Source: an uncultured Ruficoccus sp. (GTDB lineage: Bacteria; Verrucomicrobiota; Verrucomicrobiia; Opitutales; Cerasicoccaceae). Taken from it: a stretch of DNA of 64,000 nucleotides. Positions 28,421 through 38,407 of this stretch are shown here, one piece after another. The stretch spans positions 235,814 to 299,813 of the forward strand of contig OZ223475.1 in NCBI GenBank assembly GCA_965140785.1, read 5' to 3'. Position numbers and translations under genes: made by a program. The notes beneath the pieces are model-generated. The model worked only from the letters and a program-made list of their open reading frames with translations, ran no database searches and was not told the origin of the DNA. How positions within the stretch are numbered: position 1 is the first letter of the stretch; every line of letters begins with the position of its first letter.

Positions 28421-30412
28421 ATGAGCATCATCGATTGGGGAATCGTCACGTTACTGTTGATGGCGATGATCGGCATCGTGCTGTATTCGCGCCGGTACAT
28501 GCGCGGCGTGGCGGACTATCTCGTGGCTAACCGTTGCGCCGGGCGTTATCTGCTCACCCTGTCCGAGGGGATCGCCGGGCTGGGAGCCATCACGATCGTG
28601 GGAAGCTTCGAGATCACCTATCAGGCGGGCTTTGTGCCGATCTGGTGGGGGTTCTTTCTGTCGCCGCTGGGGTTGATCATCGCGTTGTCGGGATTCGTTA
28701 TTTATCGCTTTCGTCAGACGCGCTCGATGACGATGCCGCAGTTTATCGAAATGCGTTATGGGCGGTCTTTTCGTGTTTTTTGCGGCATGCTCGCCTTCCT
28801 TTCGGGCCTGATCAACTTTGGGGTTTTTCCGGCGATCACGGCCCGTTTCTTCATCCATTTCTGCCAGTTGCCGGAAGCGTTCACGCTTCTTGGAACGCCG
28901 ATAGCGACCTTTCCGGTGGTCATGGCGATTGAGCTGAGTCTGGCGTTGTTGTTCGTCTTTATGGGCGGACAGATCACGGTTCTGCTAACGGATTTCGCGC
29001 AATCGACATTCTGCCTGCTCGCCTTCCTGGTCATCATGCTGTTCCTGCTCTGGATGTTCGATTGGCAGGACATTATCGGTGCTCTGAAAACCCGCCCGGA
29101 CGGTGAGTCCATGATTCATCCTTTCAGAGCGGGGAACATGCGGGACTTCAATCTCAGCTATTACCTGATCGGCGTTTTCATGGTGGCCTATACGACGCGG
29201 GCCTGGCAGGGGAGCTCCGCCTATAACTCCTCGGCCCGCACCGCGCACGAGGCCCGCATGGCGGGGATTCTCGCCAACTGGCGCGCCATTGCTCAGGCGA
29301 TGGCCCTCTTGCTCATGCCGCTGTGCGTGTACGCCGTCCTGCACAACCCGGTTTTCAGCGGGCAGGCGACGGAGATTCTCCGTGATCTCAGTCAGTTCGC
29401 CGACCCGGTGGTGCGGCAGCAGATGACGGTGCCGGTTGGTCTCCAGCATATTCTGCCCGTGGGGATGACGGGCCTGCTGGCGGCGGTGATTCTGGCCGCA
29501 GCCGTCAGTACGGACAACACGTACATGCACTCCTGGAGCAGTATCTTTATTCAGGATGTGATCATGCCGTTTCGGAAAAAGCCGCTGGGCCAAAAACAGC
29601 ACATCCGGCTTTTACGTTTCGGGCTGGTGGGCGTCGCGTTCTTCGCCTGGTGCTTCAGTGTGATTTTTCCGCTGCGGGATTACATCTACATGTTTTTTGA
29701 CATCACCGGAGCCATCTTTCTGGGCGGGGCCGGCTCTGTCATCATCGGCGGGTTGTACTGGAAGCGGGGGACGACGGCGGGCGCCTGGGCCGCCATGCTC
29801 GTGGGGGCCGTGCTCTCGGTGGGCGGGCTCTGCGTCCAGTCTTATTGGACATCCATTTCGCCCACGCTGATTCACTGGTTCCCGCAGTGGACATATCTGC
29901 AAAGCGTGGCCGATGACTTTCCCTATAACGGGCGTCACATGATGTTCTTTGCCATGTTGTGCGCGATTTTTTCCTACGTCGGCGTTTCGCTGCTCCAAAA
30001 TTACGTGCATAATATGGACAAGCTGCTTCATCGCGGCGCATACCGCCGGGCGGATGATCCATCCGTCGATAAGCCGCTCAAATCCTGGCGTAGCCTGGGG
30101 ATGGGGGCGGAATTCACCTTTTGGGACAAGGTGATTTACATCAGTACGATTGTCTGGGTGCTGGGATGGTGGTGCGTGTTTCTGATCGGCAGTGCGGTCA
30201 ATCTGGTGGCCGACATTGGCGAGGACGCGTGGATAGCCTTCTGGAAGATCAATCTGTGGATTTCCGTGCTGCTCGCCGTTTTTACCTCCCTGTGGTTTAT
30301 CGCGGGCGGCATTCGGGATGTGCGACAGATGTTTCACGACCTGCGGCATGCGAGGGTGGACGAGGACGATGATGGCCGGGTCATCGATGGTGAAAACGCC
30401 GATGACCGGTGA
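28421..30412 (+). CDS. Sodium:solute symporter (SSS) family protein
   Basis: IDWGIV..., VADYLVANRCAGRY, TMPQFIEMRYG, GGLYWKRGTTAGAW; many TM helices. Confidence 0.9.
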   Translation: MSIIDWGIVTLLLMAMIGIVLYSRRYMRGVADYLVANRCAGRYLLTLSEGIAGLGAITIVGSFEITYQAGFVPIWWGFFLSPLGLIIALSGFVIYRFRQTRSMTMPQFIEMRYGRSFRVFCGMLAFLSGLINFGVFPAITARFFIHFCQLPEAFTLLGTPIATFPVVMAIELSLALLFVFMGGQITVLLTDFAQSTFCLLAFLVIMLFLLWMFDWQDIIGALKTRPDGESMIHPFRAGNMRDFNLSYYLIGVFMVAYTTRAWQGSSAYNSSARTAHEARMAGILANWRAIAQAMALLLMPLCVYAVLHNPVFSGQATEILRDLSQFADPVVRQQMTVPVGLQHILPVGMTGLLAAVILAAAVSTDNTYMHSWSSIFIQDVIMPFRKKPLGQKQHIRLLRFGLVGVAFFAWCFSVIFPLRDYIYMFFDITGAIFLGGAGSVIIGGLYWKRGTTAGAWAAMLVGAVLSVGGLCVQSYWTSISPTLIHWFPQWTYLQSVADDFPYNGRHMMFFAMLCAIFSYVGVSLLQNYVHNMDKLLHRGAYRRADDPSVDKPLKSWRSLGMGAEFTFWDKVIYISTIVWVLGWWCVFLIGSAVNLVADIGEDAWIAFWKINLWISVLLAVFTSLWFIAGGIRDVRQMFHDLRHARVDEDDDGRVIDGENADDR

Positions 30413-30596
30413 AGCTTTTTTTTCGCCCTTTTATGGGGACGTGCGAGGGCTCAACCATGAAGCATGGAACGCTATTGTGCCTTTGCGGGGTTATTGACTT
30501 TTGACGGTGATTGCAAATCCACCGACCCGGTGGGCATCAGCTCTTGCCATTTTCTCCAAGTTTTTGAGGAAGGGAGCACGCACTCTTCCCGCACAC

Positions 30597-30631
30597 AAAA
30601 AAAGCCCCCGTCTGACCGAGACGGGGGCTTT
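30597..30631 (-). terminator. Rho-independent terminator (probably bidirectional) between convergent operons
   Basis: aaagcccccgtct-gaccg-agacgggggcttt stem-loop with an A7 tract on the left (U-tail for the minus strand). Confidence 0.85.
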
Positions 30632-30665
30632 CTGATATGGCTGCTAAAGGAGTCTGCCTGCCTGC

Positions 30666-31517
30666 TTAAGCAAGCGCAAAGATCGCGTCCATCGCCCGCG
30701 AGGTGTTATAGATGATCACATCGGGGGCGTGCTTGTACATCGGCACGGGCGGGATCATTTCTCCGGCCACCCAGCCGGTGTAGCCGACTTCTTTCAGGGC
30801 GGCTACCACGCCGGGCCAGTTGACGTCACCCGCGAGCAGGTCGCAAAAGCCGTCCACGGTGCCGACCGGGCGTTTGAAGTCTTTGAAGTGAACGCGTCCG
30901 ATGCGCTCGCCGAGGATTTGGATCCAGTCCTCGGGGTAGCCGGTGGCCAGCGTATTGCCCACGTCGAGGTAGCTGCGGACAAAGGGGCTGTCGAATTGAT
31001 CGATGAACTGCCGCATCTCCAGCGGGGAGAGCAGGAACTTGTTCCAGACGTTTTCGATACAGATCTGTACGCCCGCTTCCGAGGCAGCGGGCAGGGCGTC
31101 CGCGATGAATGCCGTGGCGCGCTCCCAGGCCAGGTCGTAGGGGACGATTTCACAGTCGGGGATGAAGTCTACGCCCACCGATCCTGGAACCACAAGGATG
31201 CCGTCGAGCTCCAGCGTGTGTGCCACCTCGATCTGCTTTTGGAGAATGGCGGCGGCCTTGTCGCGATTAGCAGTGTCGGCCGAGGCCGCGTTCGCGCCCC
31301 AGTACAGGCCGCAGGCCAAGCCGCTGATGGCCAGACCATGTGCTTCGGCCAGTTCGCGGACCTCCCGAAGGTCGGACGCAGTGGAGGCGAGGGATACCGG
31401 ACCGGTCTCAGCCAGTTCAAGTTCGATCGCGGGAAAGCCGGCGTCGTGCGCCAGCGAGAATTTTTCCGGCAGGGATAAAGCCGGGTTGAAGGACCAGATA
31501 TTAATGCTCTTTTTCAT
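30666..31517 (-). CDS. Sugar phosphate isomerase/epimerase (xylose-isomerase-like TIM barrel, AP_endonuc_2 family)
   Basis: ICIENVWNKFLLSPLE, YLDVGN, VHFKDF, GDVNW, GWVAGE metal-binding motifs. Confidence 0.88.
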   Translation of the reverse strand: MKKSINIWSFNPALSLPEKFSLAHDAGFPAIELELAETGPVSLASTASDLREVRELAEAHGLAISGLACGLYWGANAASADTANRDKAAAILQKQIEVAHTLELDGILVVPGSVGVDFIPDCEIVPYDLAWERATAFIADALPAASEAGVQICIENVWNKFLLSPLEMRQFIDQFDSPFVRSYLDVGNTLATGYPEDWIQILGERIGRVHFKDFKRPVGTVDGFCDLLAGDVNWPGVVAALKEVGYTGWVAGEMIPPVPMYKHAPDVIIYNTSRAMDAIFALA

Positions 31518-31543
31518 TCGGTGAAGGGGAGTTGGTGGTGATG

Positions 31544-32569
31544 TTACAGGCTCACGGTTTGCCCGCTCCGGGCCGACTCGATCTCGGCCAGCGCGACGCG
31601 GACCGATTGGGTAGCCTGCCCGGCGGTAGCGTCCTCGATCGGAGAACCACTTTCCAGGCATTGGATAAAGGCGGCGATCTCGTTGTAGTAGCCGCCCAGG
31701 TTGGAGATGTTACCGCCCTTGAAGCTGGATTCCTGCTGGCCGGCTGTGGCGAAGGGCAGAGCCTGCTTCGGAGAGCCGGGCTCGGTGATGACGAGCGTGG
31801 GCTCGGCGCCGCTGTCGTATTCGAGGGTGGCGTTTTCGTACATGGCCTGGAAAGCCATCTGGAAGCCCCACGTGTCGGGGTAGTTCCAACCTCCCTCTGC
31901 GTATACGACGGGGCCGTCGAAAGCATAATGGGTAAAAATATGGCTCGGCCCGGTGGGGTCGAAATGCGCGTGGCTGGTGACGGCCTTGGGCTGGCCGAGC
32001 AGGGCGAGGACGAAGTCCGTGTCGTGGATGTGCAGGTCGAAGGCAGCGCCGTTACTGCGGGCTTCGTCGTTGAGCCAGTTGCCTTCGGCATAGGCGGGAC
32101 GGGAGGAGCGACGCTGCATGGTCAGGCTGAGTAGTTGGCCACCTTTGCCGCTGGCGTGAAACTCCCGCAGGGCCTGATACTCGGGCCAGAAGCGGATGCA
32201 CTGACCCACCTGGAGAGGCACCCCGGCCTGCGCCGCGGCGGCGCTGATCCGCTCGGCCTCTTCGGTGCTGAGCGCGAGCGGCTTTTCACAGAAGACCGCC
32301 TTGCCCGCCGCGATGCCCTTGAGCGCGAACTCCAGGTGCAGGTCCGTGGGCAGGCACACGTCGAGCACATCGAACGCTGTCGCCGCCAGGGCCTCTTCCA
32401 CCGTTGCGTACACCGGCACGTCGGCCATGCCGAGGTCGTCGAGCTTTTGACGTGCGGCCTCGCCCTTGAAATCGACGACGCCTACGAGCGTGGCGTTATC
32501 CAATTGCGCGTAAATCTGGGCGTGCATCGCCCCCATAAACCCCATTCCCACAATAACCGTTTTTTTCAT
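31544..32569 (-). CDS. Gfo/Idh/MocA family oxidoreductase
   Basis: IVGMGFMG, VCLPTDLH, VFCEKP, RFWPEY, DLHIHDTD. Confidence 0.9.
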   Translation of the reverse strand: MKKTVIVGMGFMGAMHAQIYAQLDNATLVGVVDFKGEAARQKLDDLGMADVPVYATVEEALAATAFDVLDVCLPTDLHLEFALKGIAAGKAVFCEKPLALSTEEAERISAAAAQAGVPLQVGQCIRFWPEYQALREFHASGKGGQLLSLTMQRRSSRPAYAEGNWLNDEARSNGAAFDLHIHDTDFVLALLGQPKAVTSHAHFDPTGPSHIFTHYAFDGPVVYAEGGWNYPDTWGFQMAFQAMYENATLEYDSGAEPTLVITEPGSPKQALPFATAGQQESSFKGGNISNLGGYYNEIAAFIQCLESGSPIEDATAGQATQSVRVALAEIESARSGQTVSL

Positions 32570-32758
32570 AATAAGTATGTTTTATTGTTAGATAAATATT
32601 TTAAACGAGGAGCCTGTGCCATTCTCATCGGGCAGTCGCTCAGGTCGCGCGATGTGCGTTCGAGGAGGGACGATTGGCTCATAGTGCCTAGGATACCATA
32701 TTTCATAATGGGCTATTATTGTTGATTTCAGAACTTTTTTTGATTAAATCGGAAATGA

Positions 32759-33622
32759 ATGAAGGGCCTTCACTTTCCGTCAACATTGCCGTCGCCGGAC
32801 AACTATTATCAGGGGATTGGTCAGGCCGTGCGCCCCATCACCCAGAATGTCCTGATGTTCATGCGCCTGGAGCGCACCGCGCTCCAGCAAAAGCACTTTG
32901 CCAATCGCTCTCACCATCGCCATGTCTTGACGCTGGTGCTGGAGACTCCGGGCAGTGTGATCGTCAATGGGGCGGAGATTCCCTTACGCGAGGGAGATGC
33001 GCTGCTGGTGCAGCCTTTTCAGTTTCACCACTTCATCAATCTGGAGCGTGACCGCCTGCAATGGCTTTTTATCACGTTCGAACTGTCCGAGGCGAGCGCC
33101 CCGCTTGAGGAGCTGGCGCAGCGAGTCCTGCCGCAGGACCCAAGCTGTCTGGCGCTCTGGTCCGAGCTTGCCGGCCTTTGGCAGCGAGCGGCTCGGGAGG
33201 AAAGGGATGAAATCCTGCCTTTGCTGGATCGCCTGCTGATGAAAATGTCCTGGCAGACGCAGCACGGGCCGGGCAGGCGTATTCGCCCCGGCATCACATC
33301 GTGGATAGCGAAAGCGCAGAGCAAGCTGCTGGAGGCGGTCGAACAAGGCTGGACGCTCGAAACGGTGGCGGGCAGTGTCGGCCTTTCCGAACGCCAGTTC
33401 CGCAACCGGTTTGAGGCTGAGACTGGCGTAACCATTCGGCAGTACCGGGCGAACTACCAGCTTCACCGAGCGCTGGCGCTGATGCGCGATTCTCGCCTGT
33501 CTCTGACTCAGGTAGCCGAGTTGGTGGGCTTTCAGTCTTCAGCCGCCTTTACACGTTTTATTCGCCGTGAGACCGGGAGTGCGCCCCTTGCGCTACGCCG
33601 GCGCCTCCGCGAGGAGAGGTGA
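32759..33622 (+). CDS. AraC-family regulator with a cupin sensor domain
   Basis: HHRHVL...PFQFHHF; C-terminal VAELVGFQSSAAFTRFIRRETGSAP. Confidence 0.88.
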   Translation: MKGLHFPSTLPSPDNYYQGIGQAVRPITQNVLMFMRLERTALQQKHFANRSHHRHVLTLVLETPGSVIVNGAEIPLREGDALLVQPFQFHHFINLERDRLQWLFITFELSEASAPLEELAQRVLPQDPSCLALWSELAGLWQRAAREERDEILPLLDRLLMKMSWQTQHGPGRRIRPGITSWIAKAQSKLLEAVEQGWTLETVAGSVGLSERQFRNRFEAETGVTIRQYRANYQLHRALALMRDSRLSLTQVAELVGFQSSAAFTRFIRRETGSAPLALRRRLREER

Positions 33623-33756
33623 GCGTGAGAGCCATTTAGAGGGCTGGCTCCTGCTCTTTCATCGCTGTCCGTGACCGAAGCTCTAGGCGTAATCAGACCG
33701 GACGGCTTTGGGGGACACACAACGGTGGCACATGCGCGAAAATCAGCTAAGACTAC

Positions 33757-34782
33757 TCAACGCCTGACAGAGCTTCCGTTGCGCCATATGCCGGGTAGCA
33801 GGTGGACTCGTCGTTCGACGGGAATTCCGCGTTCATTGTTGCGTATGCGGGCCACCAGCGTATCGACCGCCAGGTGTGCGAGTCTGTCCACCGGCTCCAC
33901 GACGCCCGCATAGCGGCTCGCCAAGCCCTCCTGCTCCGGCACAACCAGGAGTGCAACTCCGATGTCGCGAGGCAGGGATAGCTTTCGTTTGCGTAGCGCA
34001 CCCAGGCAACCGATGGGGTCGTCCATTGTGATCACGGCGTCCGGAGACCACTGGTCCAACCATTGGTCGAAGCACCCATCGTCGAGGCTGGGCTCTTGAA
34101 AAAGTATCGGCCCCGTGGTTGAGAGGGAATGCTGCTGATTCAGGTAGGAGCCTCTCCAGATGCCTGCGACACGTTCATTGTAGGCGCGGGTTAGGGCGAA
34201 GCCGATACGTCGGTAGCCCAGTTCGTGCAAGTGACGGAAGCAGATTTCCATCGTCTGAAAATGATCAGCAGAGATCAAATCGACCGGCGGCCATTGGATG
34301 GACCGCCCCATGGCCACGGCTGCAAACGACTCGATATTCAACTCGATCCGCGAATGTGGTTCGGGGCGGGGGCCAAAGATAACGCCGGCAACTCCGCGGG
34401 AGGTCAGGATCGTTTCAAAGCGTGCCAGCGATGTCCCCGGCGTGTGCTCCCAGAAATAGTCCAGGCTGTATCCGAGCAACTCCGCCCGTTGACGCGCCGC
34501 TCGAAAGAGGGCTGTTTCGTAAGGGGCTTCATCCGAAGGCGTCGCACCGAACCAGGCCAGGGATTGGCCTCGTGAGATGGGGCGCCGGGTGCGGCGGTAG
34601 GCATTGAGGCTGGAGAGGACGGGATCGGGACGATAGCCCAGTGCCTCAGCAGCCTGCCGGATGCGCTCAACCGTTTCGGTGGAATGGCGTGCGTGCCGTC
34701 CCAAGGCCCGCGAAACAGTCGCCTGACTGACGCCGAGCTTTGCAGCGAGTTCACGTTGAGTGAGCCGTGTTCCTGTGGGCAT
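33757..34782 (-). CDS. LacI-family regulator (Opitutales-type)
   Basis: TQRELAAKLGVSQATVSRAL, GYRPDPVLSSL, LGYRRIGF. Confidence 0.85.
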   Translation of the reverse strand: MPTGTRLTQRELAAKLGVSQATVSRALGRHARHSTETVERIRQAAEALGYRPDPVLSSLNAYRRTRRPISRGQSLAWFGATPSDEAPYETALFRAARQRAELLGYSLDYFWEHTPGTSLARFETILTSRGVAGVIFGPRPEPHSRIELNIESFAAVAMGRSIQWPPVDLISADHFQTMEICFRHLHELGYRRIGFALTRAYNERVAGIWRGSYLNQQHSLSTTGPILFQEPSLDDGCFDQWLDQWSPDAVITMDDPIGCLGALRKRKLSLPRDIGVALLVVPEQEGLASRYAGVVEPVDRLAHLAVDTLVARIRNNERGIPVERRVHLLPGIWRNGSSVRR

Positions 34783-34804
34783 GCCAGGTGTGGAATGAAT
34801 ACGA

Positions 34805-34820
34805 GTGTATCAGTATACAC
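34805..34820. promoter_or_regulatory. Inverted repeat GTGTAT-cagt-ATACAC in the divergent LacI/beta-galactosidase promoter; candidate operator
   Basis: 6-bp perfect arms in an 82-nt intergenic region; only one copy seen. Confidence 0.45.
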
Positions 34821-34864
34821 AACGGTATTCTTGCAGACGCTCGGGTAGGAGAAAAAACTGTTGT

Positions 34865-36907
34865 ATGACATTGCCCAAGCATTCCCCTTACTTATTCGGT
34901 GCAGTCTACCTCCTGGAACCCGAATATCCCTGGTCGGAGATCGAGCGAGATATGCGACTCATGAAAGAGCATGGGTTTAACTACGTCACGCTCTGGCCGG
35001 CGGCCAATTCATGGCTGGCGCAGTCACCGGACGAGTTTGTCTTCACCGACACGATTCGCTTCCTGGACCTTGCCCACGCGCACGACATGAAGGCGCTCGT
35101 CCAGCTAATCGGGCAAAACCAGAGCCAGGAATATGCGCCTGACTGCCGGATGCGCCCCGACATGAAACTGAATGATCCTGCGCCTGGCTGGCGGAACTGT
35201 TTCTGGGCCAATCTCAATCACCCGGAGGTGGATTCCCTCGTACAACGCTACTTGACCGCCTGCATTCAGGCTTTGCGCAACCATCCTGCGGTGTACGGAT
35301 GGGACCTGTTCAACGAGGCGCACTTTCGCAGCGATGATCCTTTTACGACCGAGGCCTACCACGAATGGCTGAGGGAGCGCTATGGTTCCATTGACGTACT
35401 GAACCGCAAGTGGCTGCGGCGTTACCGTGACTTTTCCGAGATAGATCCCTCCGACCGCGAAGCCCCCTACAGCATTTGGAGCAGTGTGCTCCCCACCGTG
35501 GAATACGAGGCGTTTCGCGCGGCCAACCTGACGGCGATTTGCCAGCGTTGGGCCAATTATGCGCGGGCACTCGACTCCGAGCATCCGGTAATCATCGACG
35601 GGACATCGGGGCAGCTTCTGGAGGCTTCGATCATCGAAAGAAATAATGACGAGTTCACTACGGCGCAGACGGCGGATATTTTTGGGGGGACGTTTTACCC
35701 CAAAAGCTGGGGGCGGGACCTGAGTGCGCGTCCCTGGGAACTGATGCATTACTACGGGATGAGCCGCGCGGCGGCGGTTAAGGCAGGGAAGCCTTATCAT
35801 ATCAACGAACTGCAGACGCATACGCAATCCGTGCTCACGCCGGGTTCCGAGATGCTGCCGGACGAGTTGTCCGTCTATATCTGGGCGGCCATTGCCGCCG
35901 GCGCGGAAGCGATCCAACTCTGGCGTTGGCGGCCATTCCTTCGCGGCTATCAAAGCACGGGACGCGGTCTCACACGCCTCGACGGAACGCCGGGCCCACG
36001 TGCGGATGCGGTGGCCGAGGTGGTGCGGTGTCTGCGCACGCATGAATCGGCACTGGCGAGCAGCCACCCGGTGAGAGCCGATGTGAAAATCGCGGTCGGC
36101 TATCGTTCGCGCCTGTTGCATGATGCGTTCTTGAAATGGGGCCCCAGCCGCCAGCCTGAGTCATTACGCGGATGGAATCGTTTGTTTCTCGCCGCGGGGC
36201 TGGCTGTGGAAGCTACCAGCGTGGAGCATTTCGATGAAGATGATTTGGAAACACCCGTAATCGTTTTGCCGGCGATGATAGCGCTCAGTGAATCCCAAGT
36301 CGCGTGGTTGGAAAATTACGTCCGTGAAGGGGGGTGTCTGGTGGCCGAATCACGGCTGAACGTGGTGGACACAGACGGTGTCGTGCGCGAGGAGGGGCCG
36401 CCCGGATCCGCGCTTTCGCAGGTTTTCGGAGTGGTTGAGCGCGATGTCGGGCCGTCGGCTGTTTTCAACTGGGGCGAATTGCAGCTCGTGGCTCCGTTTA
36501 TGACTCAGGAGCTCGAGGTCGCCACCGATGCCGAGGTGCTGGCCTACGACGAAGATGGCCGTCCGATGATTGTCTCCCACCAGTACGGCCGCGGGCGGAC
36601 GCTCTATTTCGCCGGCATACAGGGGCAGCTGTGGCACCGGGAACTTACTCCCGAGGCCTTGGCATGTGTACTGACCGAGGTGTTACCGGGCTCTCCTCGG
36701 CAAGTCGAGAAACCCGAGGATGTGATCGTGCGCTGGCATGACAATGAAACCCACACCCTTGCCTTCGTGATGAACTTTGGCACGAGCCTGGCGCACATTA
36801 AGTTCTCCGATAAGCTCGGCACCGGGACAGAACTGCTGACGGGAACCGATACCTCCCCCCTGCTGGTGCCGGGGCGGACAACACGGCTGGTTCAGTGGAG
36901 CAAGTAG
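34865..36907 (+). CDS. GH42-like beta-galactosidase with a trimerisation domain
   Basis: WDLFNEAH (acid/base), WLRERYGSIDVLN..W, INELQ (nucleophile), LWRWR, YVREGGCLV, HQYGRGRTLY; no obvious signal peptide. Confidence 0.8.
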   Translation: MTLPKHSPYLFGAVYLLEPEYPWSEIERDMRLMKEHGFNYVTLWPAANSWLAQSPDEFVFTDTIRFLDLAHAHDMKALVQLIGQNQSQEYAPDCRMRPDMKLNDPAPGWRNCFWANLNHPEVDSLVQRYLTACIQALRNHPAVYGWDLFNEAHFRSDDPFTTEAYHEWLRERYGSIDVLNRKWLRRYRDFSEIDPSDREAPYSIWSSVLPTVEYEAFRAANLTAICQRWANYARALDSEHPVIIDGTSGQLLEASIIERNNDEFTTAQTADIFGGTFYPKSWGRDLSARPWELMHYYGMSRAAAVKAGKPYHINELQTHTQSVLTPGSEMLPDELSVYIWAAIAAGAEAIQLWRWRPFLRGYQSTGRGLTRLDGTPGPRADAVAEVVRCLRTHESALASSHPVRADVKIAVGYRSRLLHDAFLKWGPSRQPESLRGWNRLFLAAGLAVEATSVEHFDEDDLETPVIVLPAMIALSESQVAWLENYVREGGCLVAESRLNVVDTDGVVREEGPPGSALSQVFGVVERDVGPSAVFNWGELQLVAPFMTQELEVATDAEVLAYDEDGRPMIVSHQYGRGRTLYFAGIQGQLWHRELTPEALACVLTEVLPGSPRQVEKPEDVIVRWHDNETHTLAFVMNFGTSLAHIKFSDKLGTGTELLTGTDTSPLLVPGRTTRLVQWSK

Positions 36908-36929
36908 CTTCCTGAGGCAGGACCAACGC

Positions 36930-36954
36930 ATGCCCCCATCTGTAGGGGGGGCAT
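36930..36954. terminator. GC-rich hairpin between convergent genes
   Basis: atgccccc...gggggcat stem; no strong U-tract. Confidence 0.4.
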
Positions 36955-36982
36955 ACAGGTCACATTTCTTTTTGAAAGTGCT

Positions 36983-38407
36983 CTAGATCTTGCCGCGGCG
37001 GTCTTCCAGTTGCCCCCGGATGTCTTCCAGGTGGTGACGTGTCAGCGGGTACAGCAGGATGAGCCCCAGGGCGATCATCCAGATGACGACCGGGGTTAAA
37101 ATGAACATCCACTTCATGCGCAAGAGCACGTCCATGGGCTGTTGGGCCAGCAGCACATCGAAGCCCGACACTTCCAGCATCAGTCCACCCGCGCCCAGGG
37201 CGAGGGTATGCGAGACTTTGAGAAACCAGGAGTAAAACGCGTTGAGGGAACCTTCGCGTCGGCGTCGGGTGTCCAGCTCGTCGTAGTCGGCGACGTCGGC
37301 CTTCATTGAGGGCATGAACAGCCAGAAGGCCGATATGCACCCGGCCTGGAGCGCGGCCGGGATCAGTTGCAGGTAGGGTAGCTGAGGATTCAGGCAGAAA
37401 TAGTACAGCAAATGCCCCACCATCCCGCTGATCAACACGGCAGCGACGAGAATCTTCTTGTCGAACTTCTGGCTCAGCCAGGTCAGTACCGGCAGCGAGA
37501 GGAGGCCGACGATCACGATAGTGGTATGGCGCCACCCATCGACAATGGAAGCGTCGGCTATCTTCCCGCCGTTGACCAGGTAGATGTTCACGTACTGGCC
37601 CAGGCTGGTGACTGAGGAGTTCCCCAGGGTGAGGAAAAAAGTCGTACCGATCAGGAACCATAGTGGCTTGCAGCGGAACGACTCCTTGACACTCTGCCAG
37701 AGCGGATCGCGGGCCTGATGACTGGCCTCTTTTTTGTAATAGCGCTCCTTGACGAATAAGGCTGGGATAATCCCAAAGATCATGATCAGGACGAGGAGGA
37801 ACCAACTGCAGGTGCGAACGCCATGCACGATGTCCGCCTCGCCCGTTTCCGGATTGGTGAACCATGGGCCGGTGACGATGGCCATCGTCCAGCCGCCGAT
37901 CAGTGTCATCACCTTGCCGAAAAAGGCCATCCACGCCGCCAGACGGGTACGCTCGTCGTAGTTGGGCGTGAGCTCCATCTGAAGCGCGTTGTAGGGCATG
38001 GACCAGCAGGTGAAACTGGTGTAGAAGAGCCAGCCGACGAACAGCAGGTAAAAGAATATGCCCATCTCGTCCCAGCCGGCAGGCGGCCGCCACAGAAAGG
38101 GGTAGACCGCAGCAGTCAGGATCGCCCCGACAAAAATGAAGGGGCGGCGTCGGCCCCAGCGCGTGCGGGCATTGTCGGAGATGTTGCCCATTACCGGGTC
38201 GGAGATCGCGTCCCAGGCCCGCAGGATCATCAGGCACAGGGCCAGCAGCCCGGGATTGACCTTTAGGCCGATGTTGAAATACGGCATCCACAGCATGTTC
38301 AGCGTGATGTAGGTGGCGAAGTAGTCCATCTTTCCCCCGATGGCGAAAGCGATCTTCTGCCAGAACGGGATGCGGTCGGCTTCGGGAATGTGACGTTGGC
38401 GGGTCAT
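36983..38407 (-). CDS. MFS GPH-family sugar symporter, close paralog of 13035-14459
   Basis: Same length (474 aa) with long identical stretches, e.g. AISDPVMGNISDNARTRWGRRRPFIFVGAILTA. Confidence 0.9.
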   Translation of the reverse strand: MTRQRHIPEADRIPFWQKIAFAIGGKMDYFATYITLNMLWMPYFNIGLKVNPGLLALCLMILRAWDAISDPVMGNISDNARTRWGRRRPFIFVGAILTAAVYPFLWRPPAGWDEMGIFFYLLFVGWLFYTSFTCWSMPYNALQMELTPNYDERTRLAAWMAFFGKVMTLIGGWTMAIVTGPWFTNPETGEADIVHGVRTCSWFLLVLIMIFGIIPALFVKERYYKKEASHQARDPLWQSVKESFRCKPLWFLIGTTFFLTLGNSSVTSLGQYVNIYLVNGGKIADASIVDGWRHTTIVIVGLLSLPVLTWLSQKFDKKILVAAVLISGMVGHLLYYFCLNPQLPYLQLIPAALQAGCISAFWLFMPSMKADVADYDELDTRRRREGSLNAFYSWFLKVSHTLALGAGGLMLEVSGFDVLLAQQPMDVLLRMKWMFILTPVVIWMIALGLILLYPLTRHHLEDIRGQLEDRRGKI

